Notes: a model not told the origin generated them from the letters alone. Positions 38,337 to 51,783 are shown, counted from the first letter of the stretch. The stretch is 64,000 nucleotides of DNA from Botryllus schlosseri (GCA_051294905.1 CM119372.1:39806001-39870000), one strand, 5' to 3'. A program made the numbers and translations.

Positions 38337-39470
38337 TTTAAAGAGCTTCTTGGGGGTACAGAACTTCAATATACAATTGAATAGTATATTCATATTGAAA
38401 TATACCCGAATATTTCCGATGACACTCGTCAGGGGTAATCATCAGCAACTAGTAGAGAATTGGAAAGAACATTGTATATCAACAATCGTGTCACAAAATA
38501 TGACGTCACCAGCATGAAATTTCGTGAACGAGAGAGCGTTCAATGTACTATTTTTAGGTGGTACACGAACTCGTTTTGTTGACAGAGTTTGGGTTAGTGT
38601 ATTTTGATAAATGTCGACTCCAAGGCACACAAATGGAAGTGGGAACGGCCCCTCCCGATCTTGTTGGGACAATATCTTATTCGTACTACTACCGTGTCTT
38701 ATTATAATTTGGATATAAGGAAATTCGATCAATTGGAACTTCAAGCATTATACTGTTTCTGCCGTACTTCAAGATCGCGTATATTTACATCGGGAAACTT
38801 ATAGGACTTTGCGGCGCTGTAGGGCAGTTCATCCCCCTCCCAACGACTCGAAATCTGTCGTCTCGATAATTATTCGCACAAATTGGATTATCTATTAAAT
38901 GTTTGCCGATGGCAGAATTATAGGCCTTTGATCTGTCAGCATCAAGCTTAAGCGGATGAGTTAAGGGTGAGCTTCTCACCGAGCCTGATGCACGTGTTCT
39001 GATAAATCTGTGGTGTAGAACTCGCATTGTATTCTTTGCGGTCGCATAACAGATGTATATTTTAATTTCCAACGTCAAGCATAATGAGACTCGACTCAAA
39101 GTCTAATACGTGATTTACAATGAAATCATAATGATACTCAATTTTACTAGCCATAGTTGCATGAAGTGTATCGCATATACAGTATAGATTACTAATTCCG
39201 GTATTACTATTCCCGTTCGTGTTCGTAACTCGCTTCCAATTGGGCGCATAGCGGGGAATCACCGATATTCCGGACGTTCTCTGTCAATTCGATCCGGATA
39301 CGAAACGGATTCTTGGCAGTAATCTCGCACGCCCTGAATCTATTGGTCATATTCCATTCTGATATTGAACAAGCCAACGAGCTGTTTCTGTGCATATCGC
39401 ATTTCGCTCGGAGATATAGCTCAATGAAATCAACCCTCACGGGCACGCATTCACTGAATACTCTTTATTT
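38337..39470 (-). mobile_element. Penelope-like retroelement remnant: GIY-YIG endonuclease C-terminus plus 3' pseudo-LTR with hammerhead motif
   Basis: NSAIGKHLIDNPICANNYRDDRFRVVGR joins, across an insertion, to GRSHFHLCALESTFIKIH*PKLCQQNEFVYHLKI (cf. PLE SAIG.HL..N..CA..Y....F.I....R..FHL..LE..FI....P.LCRQKEFVY.L). Followed directly by the dispersed CTGACGAG repeat. Confidence 0.85.
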
Positions 39471-39481
39471 ACCATCTTGGT

Positions 39482-42314
39482 CAGGCGTGGGCAATTATTT
39501 TTCTCCGCGGGCCAAATAAGAAGCAGAAATATGTTGGCGGGCCGAGTCAGCAATATAGAATATCCAGCGTATTGATTTTATTTCTAAATTGGAAGCACTG
39601 TTTTACACGAATTGGTGCTCAGTGGATGTGTTGATATTGAGGAATGACAAAGTGACGGTTAATCACCCAAAAAAATATCTATTTGCCGTCATATTTTGAA
39701 ACAATGTTAAAAATGATACATTTTGAACTCTCTTTAAACCCCTATCCGCGTTTTTCTATCAATAACAGCCCCCATCGAGATGCACGATGCACGAGATGTC
39801 TTGTATGCCCTAATCACGCGAATTCAATCGATAAATAATATTGGTAATTGCAAATATATTGCTATATTTTTTAACCTCTCTCAGCCCACGTAGTGGCCTA
39901 CTCAGTTTTACCGCTAGTGATGAGTGAGGTACTGTCTTGGAAATATTCGGGAGGGCCCGTTGGTATAATTACTTCGTTACCTGTTGTTATTTCGTGACCT
40001 CCCGTCTGCTATGTGAAAAGATATTGAAATCGCCGAAGGGTACCAAACTAAAAAGACGACCCCGATTCCCGATTGACATTTCTTCACTGGCAAATATTAC
40101 CTACGGACAATTGGACTTTGTGGTTTTCAGTCAACATGAGGACAGTCCTTTTCGGCCAAGGTTTTCTCGCTGTCGAGCTTTATTCCCTTTACTTAGTTAA
40201 TTTGATCAGCAGTTGCAATTGCAGTGCCTTCTCGGAATCCCGCGTTGGCCTAAAGTTTATTTATCTTGGTGCGTCGTGGCGCGAAAATGGCTAACGCCGA
40301 AATGCCCATTCTAAAAACCATTGAATGAAGTTGCATAAATTTTCAAAAATATACCCTACAATTTTGTTCACTCATGAAATAATTTTGGGCGCCCGTCGAG
40401 CTCGCCACGCAATTGGGGGGTTTGAGGTGCGATAGTTACGGTCCTAAGGATAATATATAGCTTATTGTCTTGGTAGCTGGTTTCTGAGTAGTGTACACTG
40501 TGCAGCTTGCCGAAATGGCCTTGTTGATCAGCGAAGGTTGCAGTTATTACCCATCTTTGAATTTCAACTTTTGGCTTTCTTTTTTTTTGACAACCTTTAT
40601 GGGTGGTGATATATTCATAGAAATCATGGGCATTGATTCACTTGTTTCATGAATGGAAACACATCACGTAACAATTTAAAACACAGACCATGTAATGCGT
40701 AATGTGACAATGGCACCAAAGAAGGCTTGGTGATTTTTTGTGACTTTAATTCTAACGGCATAACTTGCTACATTGACTTTAGTTTTAGTCTGGTTTAGGC
40801 ATGTGAGCAGCACCGTAACTACCGCACCCCAAACCCCCGAATTGGGGGGGCCCAAAATAATTTCGAGCTCGAAAGGGGCCCAAAATAATTTCGTGAATTA
40901 GCATAAATCATAGAGTATTTTCTGAAAATTTATGCAATTGTTTCAAAATTTTTTCGCGCTGCGCGCGAATTCAAATACCGTTTTATCTTTATTATTGGGT
41001 ATTGGGCCCTTACCACGCCACGACCCACCAAGGCATACAATCAAGTTTTAGGCCATATAACATACGACTCCAAGAAGTGTGCCAGAACGATCGGCAGCGA
41101 GAAAACCTTGGCCGTAAAGGTCTATGCCCTTATGCTGACCTAAGACTTCGTTATATACAAAATACATATAGGTTTAATTGTCCATAGGCGCCTAAATGAC
41201 TGGCGCCGAATGTTCCTGTCTTTGCAATCTGAACCTCACAAAACAAATACCATCCCGCTGGGAAAAATTTTATGTCAGTGAAGAAATACCAGTTTGAAAT
41301 CGTGTGCGTCTCTTAGTTTACAAGCCTACGTTTGGGCGATTCTATATTTTTTGATATAGCAGACTGGAAGTCACGAAATAGCATCATGTAACGAAGTCAT
41401 ATCAACGGGTCCGCCCGCCCAAAGATGTTTAATTACTATTTAGGGGCCCTCCCGTTTTCAAGACACTTCACTCAGCTCTTCCGGTAAATCTAATTACGTG
41501 AGTAGAGAGGACAATAAATTGATAGCATAATAGATATGCAGTCGCCGATCTGATTGACCGATTTTATCATAAATTATCGAAAATTTTCGCTCTGGCTCAC
41601 AATACAGTACAGGTGATTTCGGGACAAACGCGAGCAACTTGATGGAGGGGTCGTTTCATCACCCTATGGGAGCCCAAGACCCACGTTTTGGGGGCCTGAC
41701 GAGGTGCTGTTTCGTTTCTGCCAACGGGTATACGCCCGAAGATGTTTAATTATTATTGAGTAGTCCTACCTTTTCAAACGCACCTCACTCAGCTCTACCG
41801 GCAAATCTGATTACGTGAGCAGAGAGAAGATAAAAATTGATAACAATATATATGCAATATATATGCAATTCCCGATCATACTGACTGATTCAGTCATGAA
41901 TTCTAGAAATTTCCCGCGCTTCTCGCGCTTAGGCCACAAATGCTGATTCACTAAACAAACTCCGAACGAATATGATAAATAGGTGTAAACAGGGTATTGC
42001 CGGAGGGGGGTCTGGGGGGCGAAGCTCCCCATAAGTTCGGTCTATAACCCTATGGGGGGCCCAAGACCAAAGTTTTTTGGGGGGGGGCTGACGAAGTGCT
42101 GTTACGGCCCTGCATGTGAGGTACGTATAGGCTGCGTAATCACGGTATGTTAATGAACAGGCTTGATAGTAAACGAATTTCTGGTCCAGTTTATACATCG
42201 TATGGTTTTAGTCCACGCAGCAACATCAAAAAGTAGGTTTGATATTTTAAATTTCAAGCAGCCTTTCGCGGGCCGCACAGAATCGCTCGGCGGGCCGCAC
42301 TTTGCCCATGCCTG
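39482..42314. mobile_element. Non-autonomous hAT element hosting two family-B copies
   Basis: TIR CAGGC(G/A)TGGGCAA; perfect TSD atcttggt. Confidence 0.93.
40808..42112 (-). mobile_element. Family-B hAT element, full length, reverse orientation relative to 12988-14279
   Basis: Ends CAGCACCGTAAC / GTTACGGCCCTG; perfect TSD catgtgag. Confidence 0.95.
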
Positions 42315-43140
42315 ATCTTGGTGATCTTCTAGGAAAATTCGGTGCCGTTGCATCATGCAATATTGGATTCTAACTATGCTTTATTGTTATAATATCCTTC
42401 AATCACAATAAAACTGGTAAATACGCACACAACCGGGGTCGCAATCTGCCCCTTAATCAGTAAAATGTCGAGATTTATGAGTTTTAAAATTTTACAAACA
42501 ATGTCAAATCGTTAATCCTATATGCATGAAGACTTGAAGAGGTTAGATTACAGAATTGTGGTAGATGAAACGTGGTCATTAATAATTTATATAAAAACAG
42601 AAGGTAGGGTGGCGCTTATCACTGGATATTGAATGAATAAGACAGTGGAATGCTGTTGGTGATATGTTATGTTTTGAATGTGTATGAGCTTTGAGAACCG
42701 TATTTATAACCATCATACTGCATGACGTACAGAGAAATGCTGATTAACAAGGCATCTCACAGTAGGGCAGTGCTGGTACTGTCTCGACATCGGCTAGCAG
42801 TTGAAGGTCACCATGATGCAAAACTCTACTAGACTGTCGCCCACCATACTCAGTATACATATATGTGTGCCTACCATTAGTAACATCAGCGTCGTAATAA
42901 CTGCAAGACAAGTGTCGACTGTGCCGTTTCGGATTACCTCTCACGCCGCAGGCATGGAGCAAATCTGGGATAGATTTCGCAGTTGCGAAATTTGAAACCG
43001 AATAAGTCACTTGCCTCGATTATTACTGGGAAAGTTAACGTCACACGCAATTCGCACAATCCATTATATATCAGTGATAGATATTTCGCATCAAGTTCTA
43101 TTGCCTTAGCACTGAGTAGTCTGAATTAGTATACGGATAT

Positions 43141-43634
43141 CAGTGATGAGCGGATAGTACTTTTCGAGACTCCGAATCCCTCCGACAACTTTAGTGTCTG
43201 AGGAAAACTCCCTCCGACTCCGAAGAGCTCAATCCCAGACTCCGAGATACTCCGATGAATCTCGTCAAGTATCCGAAACAGTGGCAATCATGGTACACTT
43301 GGTAATGTGTTTTTCTAAATTAATGTGATAATAGCGTTGGCCTCATAGTATTGTCTACTCTCCAGTCCCCAATTGCAGTGCAGATGGCTGATTTTTATGC
43401 ACTTGGCAATCATTTTTGCATGTTACCCGTCATATTGCAACTTTACAAGGTGTCAACTGTCTGTGTTTTGGTCTGTAATCATAATCAATAGTGTATTCTG
43501 GTCAGAGCTCTCCAAAGATATCGGAGACAAAAGTTACAATACTCCGAAATTATCCGAAAAATATTTGTAGTAAACTCCGACGCCGCTCCGACTGTCACGA
43601 AATCGGCAAAACTCCGCTCCGATGCTCATCACTA
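43141..43634. mobile_element. hAT MITE with ACTCCG repeats
   Basis: TIR (C/T)AGTGATGAGC; perfect TSD acggatat. Confidence 0.92.
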
Positions 43635-43868
43635 ACGGATATACAAAGCGCTGAGTTGAGCTCCACCAGTACCGATTTTCGAACCGATACCGATAAAACA
43701 GATAAGCGGCAGCTTCACCGATAACCCTGATATTCAAAAGATATAGCTTCTAGCTTAAGGCACATTTCCGAAACTTCACAGCATTTGAACAACTTCACCG
43801 CCGTTGCTATGCTTGGACGTAGAATAAACTAGAAAGGCTGCATCTGGACACTTGTAAGCTGTAATAAA

Positions 43869-44826
43869 TAGGGATGGTGTGAACGTGAGGTTAAAGTTCG
43901 CTTTCTGTGCGTGAACCTCGGAAATTTAGAGGTTCACGTTCACAAACGAATTTTGGTAGGTTCGGCACTGTAAACCTTTTTCATATATTACAATTATCAC
44001 GTCTTTATAACGCCTTTGGTTGAACTGTATTGCATTTCAATTGCGGGTCACTTTATGCCGCTGGCAGCATAAAAAATCACCACTAAACGAGCATGCACCT
44101 TGGCAATCTCAAAAGTTTTACCCGCTTTGTTACAAAAGTTTTCTCGAAATATCTAACTTTCCGTTTGTGAATATTTAGTGACTCTCTGGTGTGAGCTTGA
44201 CCCGCAATCACACAACATCAACAACGAAATACGCTACATGTCGGTAGTCAGCGAATGATGCTTATTCAACTAATCAATAAAACTGATATCGTTATCTGGT
44301 GTAAAAAAATCTAGCAAGCGTACGGGTCCATCTCGATTTCATATCTTTATTGTACCATAAAAACCAAATCCGTGCGATTGAGGTGTTGGCTACTGCTGTA
44401 TAACGTTTTACACTCTGCTCAATATCAACGTGTAGCAACACTCAAGACGCTGAATACATTTCTGGTCACGCCTAGACAGTCAAGGCGTAAGTATATATTC
44501 CCTTTGAAATCCTCGTCGAAATTGTTAGCAAAGCGACGGAAGATATTGATTTTATGGGATTATTATAGTATTTGATTGCTTCAGTTGATACATTTGGCAA
44601 CGTTTAAAAAGTCGATATGTGCTTCAGCATTGTGGCATTATGTGGCCCGAGTAGTCGCTAGGTATCGTGAACATTAGTATATATCACTTCACTGAAAAGT
44701 AAGGTTGGAATCAGCAATATGACATCATGTGACGTCATGAGGTTCACGTTCGCGTTCACGCAGACCCTCTCAAAAACGCTCGCGTTCACGCGAACCTGAA
44801 CCTTTCAGAGGTTCACACCATCCCTC
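43869..44826. mobile_element. hAT MITE with GTTCAC/GTGAAC repeats
   Basis: TIR AGGGATGGTGTGAAC; perfect TSD gtaataaa. Confidence 0.92.
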
Positions 44827-46858
44827 GTAATAAATAGATTATTATTCCCAGTCCAACAGTCGAGATTATAGTTCAACAACTCCCTATTACCATGCTGTTA
44901 TTTCACGGAAATCACCGATATTCTATTTTACCTCCAATGGCCGATACCAATATTGTCTCAAAGTGTGCTATCGACTCGATATTGCTGATAGGTTTCAATT
45001 GATCTCCTAATACGATATGTGTATCGCGGTTCCTATATTTCTCTTCATGATATAATCGTGTATTTAGATTCTGCAAAGACAGAGTCAACCAACAGCCATG
45101 AAACCTTTGTACAGGCCACCACCCTCGAGGCATTACACAAAATAATAATTGATAGAATGAGAGGGATTCTAGACATCCAAACGCGGTGATAATTCATGAT
45201 ATTTGAGCATTTTTCTGACAGTACGTCGATCCAGACAGTTGTAAATATAATCAGGCGATCGCATACACACAACATCATCGGAGCGGCTTTGCTATTTCAT
45301 CACGCCTCGTGTAGATTTCGGTATCCATAAGCCTGTAGTGCAATGATGGAATGGTGCGCAACTGCAATGATTCCTAATAGAATGATTTCGTGGTGGCTTT
45401 GGGAGATTACCGAAAAACATGGAAAAAGCTGCTAGCCAGCGATAACTTGAGGTCATTGGTGAAATTACCTTGCCTCAGTCAACATTACAACAAGTAATCG
45501 ATAATTTCGTAGCATTAACCTAAGTCTAAGTAAATATACAGACGCCTACAGGACGGAAGACCAATGTACCCTTAGGCTCAAAGTAAATACCCTCGAAATT
45601 GATACAAGATGTATCGTCAACAGCCCCTCCACAGCCAAGTTTGCAACGAAATTACATTGTTAACATATAAAAATTGGAGACTTGGGAGGTAGGGAAATTT
45701 TCCGAATTTAATGTGAATTTCTGTTTTACTTATTAAATATTAGGCCTACCCCAAACACCACTGCATTCCAGGACCACCATCATCAAATGATAAGAAACTT
45801 ATTGCATAATAATAAACAACAAATGAATACTATTAGAATGTTCGCGGGCAATAATCCACTAACATCTTCAAAATCGCCATTTTTCCGAAGTAGCACAATT
45901 ATGCCTGATTTGATATGTATGTTTTCAAAGTCATGGCCTAACGCCAGAGACCAGACACAACATCGTAGCTTGTAGGGCAGCATATCTGATGGGCATCAAT
46001 TTGTTCTTTTCAAAAGACACAGGAAAATGTGCCATAGGTAAGGAATTCCAAGGCCGATCTCTGCCGGGATGTTATCGTTGATTGAAAATGTCGGTCGCCG
46101 CGCCACACCGAGTGCTAACTCTACTTTAACATAGCGCCATCTTGCGAAACATTGAATTAAAATGGAGGGACTTCTCCTTAATTCTGCAAAACACAGAATT
46201 GTAAATAATCCAGCAATGAACAATAACCAACGAACGGACATACTTTGGTTTGGCGATGCTCCTTAATCCAATGCCAACTCTTGGAGTATTCTCTAAAACT
46301 TATTCGCCGATGTAACCACTAACCTGATTCAGTGGCAGGAATCGCCAAAATATATCCGTCCATAACTAAATATAACGCAGCCTACAAAGTACACGAGGCT
46401 GCTCAGAAATGACGAAACCATTCGATAGTTTACGGAGCCGGAGCAGCGGTATCAATGAGCTCAGGAGCTTGGATCCGGAGCTAGTTCATCATAGAAGAGA
46501 GCTCCGGAGCTTGAGCTGGAGCAGCTAAAATTTGTGCCAGCTCCAACGCCCTGGCATCAACAACAGCGTTAACAAAACTAAGCCATTAAAACACGATTTT
46601 CACACAAAACGAAATAATGATATGAATATTTACTCCAAATCAGTCTGACTTCTTCTGTACGAGTTGAGTATGTGTCTTGTACTCCAGCGAATCCCGGGTA
46701 ACCCTGGTTAAGAATCACTGCCCTATAGCATAGTATATTTCTCATCGAGAGACATTTTCCATTACGCAAGATAAAGAATATCTTCCACGTAAATACCCAC
46801 ACGGAATATTGGCATTCTCGCATAAGCGCTACAATGAATGTAATTAATAAATTCTCAG

Positions 46859-47030
46859 TTTGCAGGAGACCGTTTTCACGTCCAGTTTCGATGACGTCGT
46901 CGGCCTGGGTCTACCAAGCTCTACGCAGCGTATCAACACGAACACGATATGCGGTAACGCAGACGGCTTATCCAAAAAGCAGTACGAGATGTGCCTCAAA
47001 AATCCAGAAGCGGTGGCCTCCGCGATCCAG
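46859..47030 (+). CDS. Wnt10: Wnt10 coding exon 2
   Basis: ttctcag|T TTG...ATC CAG|gtaatg. Translates LQETVFTSSFDDVVGLGLPSSTQRINTNTICGNADGLSKKQYEMCLKNPEAVASAIQ, resembling the Wnt10 N-terminus (N.NT.C....GLS..Q...C...P...ASAIQ). Confidence 0.92.
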
Positions 47031-47239
47031 GTAATGTGAACTCTGATCAGAGAGAGAAATCGATATTTCTCAACCGTGCAAATCAACAACATCAGAAATG
47101 AAATTCAGTGAAATGCTATGTGTATAGACAAGCAATAAGCATGGTGCAGACCGGAGACTCGATAAAAATGTGCCATCAAAGCGCAATAACCCAGGCCAAG
47201 GCCAGATTTATTGGGGGTCACCTAACTACCGATTTTTAA

Positions 47240-47530
47240 GCAGTTCTAGTTCTAGTTGCGGATTTTGAAAAGTGAGTACCTCTAGTTTCAATTGTAGATT
47301 TCGAAAATTGAGTAGTTTTAGTTGATTTTGAAACGCGGTTTGTTCTAGTTCTAGTTCTAGTTCAGATTCTAGTTACTAGATTCGAAACGTGAATAGTTCT
47401 AGTTCTTGTCCTATGCGCGGATTTTGAAAGGTGAGTAGGGCTAGTTCAAGTTCTAGTCGCGAGTTTTGAAGAGATGAGTAGTTCTAGTTGATGGATTTGA
47501 AAAGTGTGTAGTTCCAGATCTAGTTTTATT
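47240..47530. repeat. GTTCTA-rich degenerate array (likely MITE subterminal region)
   Basis: Repeated tagttctagttc and gattttgaaa..gtgagtag units. Confidence 0.7.
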
Positions 47531-47590
47531 TGCTCAATTTTAAAACACAGAAGTCTGGTCAGAACCTTATAACTGTAGAAAACATCACCT

Positions 47591-47872
47591 TAAAAACTTG
47601 CGTGGCGGGATATCGGAGCGGTATAATCCACAACTGCAACACGAATGGGTTGCGGGTTCGAGTCCGACCGAGGTCAACTCCAGAATTCATACCTATACGT
47701 GTTGGAGGTTTATCTAGGCTATGCTCCACCTCGCCACGTGATCCGCGAAAGCGGTGTCTTATTAGAGCCGAGCTACAATTCAGCAGCTATGGAATAAAAA
47801 TGAAGAAAATTGGTTCGGTGTAATTGACCATAGCAGTCGACAAACACCGTGAATACCACGAACAACAGCAAA
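47591..47872 (+). mobile_element. tRNA-derived SINE, near full length (other copies ~49300-49570 reverse; tail at ~62566-62620)
   Basis: tRNA-like head with ctgcaa loop and B box GGTTCGAGTCC, followed by a shared body and tail (gtgtaa.tgaccatag.agtcgacaaacacc.tgaata). Confidence 0.8.
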
Positions 47873-48313
47873 CTTTAAAACTTAAGGTTAACTTATAAAA
47901 AATATAAAATAAAACTATTACCAATACACCAGAAATTGAGGTATGTGTAACATAAATTTCCGTACAAATCCATGAAAGTTCCACAAAAGTTAGTCGCTGG
48001 GAAGTGTTTTCGTGAAATAGATGTTTAGTTTTGCTGCGTCTGCTTTTCTGTCGAATATCCCCCGTTCGCGCTGATGAGCCGCAAAACTAATTACGTTTGG
48101 GAGATTACCAATTTATCGTCGAAAGTGTGAGACAACAGCGTGGTCGATGTCGTCATGGTAGAGGTCAGCATCAGCACCAGTTTGCTGGTAAATATTTTCA
48201 AACATAAATGAGAATGGACTGACCTTAGCAACCAATATCGTGATAAATAGCTGTCCGTTTTCGCAGGAGAATAAAATAGCTTCAAAACGCAATGTCAAAA
48301 GTATACACACATA

Positions 48314-49274
48314 GGGGAGATGTGGTACCGATGGATCACTGGGACCGAAAATACTTTGAAAATTCTCTATGATAATTCCATGATTACACTCCGTGAGCTT
48401 GTCTACAATTGCATGCTGGCAAAATCTTTCCTCACATACAAAAAAATTCGCCGTGCGCGAGCTATGGGGTCTCTCACAGATGTTTTTTTGTTTTGGGGGG
48501 TGTAAACTAAATTTAGATCGACATATACATTTTTCTTTGTAACCTTCAACACGAACTAACCTGCAATCATTTTTATTGTGAAGTCTAGAGCTTGTATCAG
48601 GCTATATAATGGAACCTATTATTTTTTTCAGTACTTTCCTTGAGTGGAATTTTTTTCGATTCATGTACAAAATTAGTAGGGTGGGGACCGATGATACAAT
48701 AGTCAAATCAAACAAAATAAGCAAGCATACTAATCATGAAACAAATGAAACATGACTACGTACAGAAAATCTTTATGTAAAAATTGCATATGATGTTTTA
48801 TCGCTATAACGAGGTATTTGGAAGTCACACGGTCGATTTTCGGGCAATATGTATGTACCGTCAAATTTATAAGTTCGAGCCTAAATCGAAACGTGATTTT
48901 ACGACAACATTTGAGTTAATATTTATCTATTTTTTGACGGTTGCGACCAAACATTCTTCTTTGGCTTGCTGTAGCTTAGATTATAATGCTGAGCAAAAAA
49001 GTTGTCACATCTGAGTTTTTTAGGGTATGTGTGTCATAGGTCCCCGGGTCGTGTGCCATTGGACCCACCGGGTGGGGACCGATGACACGTTCGAGCAACA
49101 AATTTTGAACGTCCGCAAATATTTTTTGAAAAGGCGGATATTCATGTATATGTGCGCGATAGGTAGAGCTTGTATCCAAGTGCTGAGCCAGCAAAAGATC
49201 TGCTGTTTTTAACTGAACATTTTAGGGCCAGCGATCATTTTCCAATTTTTGATCCATCGGTACCACATCTCCCC
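48314..49274. mobile_element. TA-flanked non-autonomous DNA transposon
   Basis: Perfect 25-bp TIR GGGGAGATGTGGTACCGATGGATCA, TA on both sides; internal ggggaccgatga repeats at ~48683 and ~49074. Confidence 0.9.
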
Positions 49275-50484
49275 TACATACATGTATACACTCAATCTGT
49301 TTGCTTGTGTTATTCACGGTGTTTGTCAACAACAACGGTCATTTACACCTGACCGACTGACCTTATTTTGATTACGGTAACTGCCGACTTGGAACGCTGC
49401 CCATTTCCAGGCTTTTTATACACTGCTTACCCGGATCATGTTGCGCGGAGGAGCCTGGATGAAATCCCACATTTAGGTGGGAATTCGTGAGTCGCTCTCG
49501 GGTTGGACTCGAACCCGCAACCCATTGGCGTTGCAGTCGTGAATCATACCACTATGCTATCTCGCCACACTATACATTTAGTATACATACCTCTTATTTA
49601 CATGTTCTACGTCCAGATGCGTGTCGCATTTCACAGTCCATGTTGTTTCGACATCTTCCGTTCTTTTAATTGTAACGCAGTCTTGTGGTGTTTTAATAGC
49701 TGAAAATATTGATAAAACTAGTACTGATACTGATACAGTATGCTATTTATAGATTACACAGTAAACTCACTAATTTGGCAACATTGAATGTACGACCTTA
49801 ACTTGTGACAAAACGTCTAACCATGTTCGGGTTTGATTGAGTTGGCGAGTCGTTTACGCCCATGACGAATTTGGACTACCTTCGATTAGTAGTTTCTGTG
49901 CGTACTAATGCCCGACCTTCATCATTGACAGATAAATTACGTAAAGTACTAGAGCAACTGGCTTTCAGCATAAGCCCGAAAACAATGCTATTTGCGTGCA
50001 CTCGATCAAAAATAAACATTCTCGAAGGCGATATATTAGAATCGATTATTGGTCGTCCATTTTAATCTAGTGCTGAGTTTCTTAATCTTGGGTAAATTCA
50101 CCCCCGGTGCTAAATTTATGCTTTTAGGTACCGAATTGATAAACGATCTAAAAATAAATCCAAATGCATATTCATCCGAAGGAAATATGAATAAAAGCAG
50201 TAATCGATTTCGTTGAAACTCCTTGACACCCCACGCTTCACTCACTCAAAGCGCACAAACATTCGTAGAATACCTGTTTCGCTCATTTGATTTTAATATA
50301 CAAATTAAATAATATATTCATATTGAAATAAACCTGAATATTTCCGGATGACTCTCGCCAGGAGTAGCCTAATCGTCAGAGACTAGTATAGAAAGTAGGC
50401 GTGAAAATATTTTGTAGTAAAATTTCTGTACCTTCATGGGTCTCTTGGTCTGAACAGGTTTTATATTCTTGTTTTCCGTTTTAG

Positions 50485-50599
50485 GGACTACAAATCGCTC
50501 TGTATGAATGCAAGCTCCAATTCGAGAACCACCGATGGAACTGCTCGTCTCTCGAAACCCGAAACAAAATTCCGTTCACGAGCGATTTTTTTTATACCG
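50485..50599 (+). CDS. Wnt10: Wnt10 coding exon 3
   Basis: ttttag|GGA...ACC G|gtaaaa. Translates [52 protein letters not shown] is characteristic of Wnt10a-type proteins. Confidence 0.95.
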
Positions 50600-50920
50600 G
50601 TAAAAGTCTACATTTATCCACAACGACTTTACGGGATATGCCATTTTGAAATCCTGGTCTTCCTTTACATTTTAAACTAGGAATTCCCAATCTGGTACCA
50701 TGAGCCTTTTACAGAGGGTCGTACAGGAAGTTTATAAAGACGATCATCACAACTGCAAATAAAATATAATAAATACAATAAAATACTATATTAAGGCAAT
50801 ACGCTACTACTCGATCTTGAGTTCAATTTCATATCTTCGCCACCAACCAAAAACTAAGACGATGTCAGAACAAAAACATACTCACATGTCACAGTAACTG
50901 AATCTGTAATAACTAATTAA

Positions 50921-51363
50921 TAGGGCAAGTTTTTGTTGCAGTTAAATCCGTGGAACGTTGCAGTAAAAAGTTGCATTTACTTTTTCAAAAAAGTTGCACT
51001 TAAAGACCACATTTTGCTCGGTTTACTAAAAAAAAAGGTCAACTTCCCAGTTTGACCAAAAAAAAATAAAGGTCAATTTTCCGGCTCAGCTCCCGAAATA
51101 CCCGTAAGAGCATTGCTTCAGTGCTGATTTCAGTCGAATTTGGCCGTGTATTTCACCAAAATCAAAAATATTTTCATGAAAAATCGAAAAAGTTGCAAAA
51201 TGTTTCAAAATATTGCATAAAAAAATGGAAAAAGGTTGCAAAAAGTTGCACTATAAGATTCTTTCAAACAGCTTAAAACAGCATTTTACATATCTTACGA
51301 GTATTCAGGAAGCTTCCGGAAGCTGTAAAAAAAAAGTTGCTAAAGTTGCAAAAACTTGCCCTA
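50921..51363. mobile_element. hAT MITE with AAAGTTGCA repeats
   Basis: TIR TAGGGCAAGTTTTTG; perfect TSD ctaattaa. Confidence 0.93.
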
Positions 51364-51637
51364 CTAATTAATGGTTAACTGCCTGTTATCATTGTAAATA
51401 CTGATTACTGTGTAAACGAATATTTTAATGAAAATAATTTTTAGGGGCTACAGTATCCTAATATTTTCAAATGTTTGAGAAATGCGGGAACATTGGTTTT
51501 TCAGAATTTTCAAAATGTTCCAATATGTAGAAATAGATTGAAAAGCCCTGTTTTAAAGCAATGAAAATCGTTAACCAGACTTTTTCAAATGATACAAAAC
51601 GACACCCGCGTTTAAACTTGAACTTGTTGACTTTCAG

Positions 51638-51783
51638 GTTATCGAGAGGCTGCCTTCTTTCACGCCATGTCGTCGGCCGCGGTTTCGTACGCTGTGGCGC
51701 ATGCTTGTGGCCTCGGAAAAATACCTGGATGCGAATGCCTGGCCGGGAGGCACCGAGAGGCCGCGTCCGAATACGTTCACCAG
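51638..51783 (+). CDS. Wnt10: Wnt10 coding exon 4
   Basis: ctttcag|GT TAT...CAC CAG|gtaatg. Translates (G)YREAAFFHAMSSAAVSYAVAHACGLGKIPGCECLAGRHREAASEYVHQ, the Wnt RE.AF..A...A......AC..G....C.C motif. Confidence 0.95.

Noticed and set aside
42744..43010. Possible additional Wnt10 exon (open frames on both strands)
   Set aside because: No Wnt similarity, and exons 1 and 2 already join in phase.
47595..47675. Bona fide tRNA-Cys gene
   Set aside because: No intact acceptor stem or terminator; it continues into a SINE body shared with other copies.
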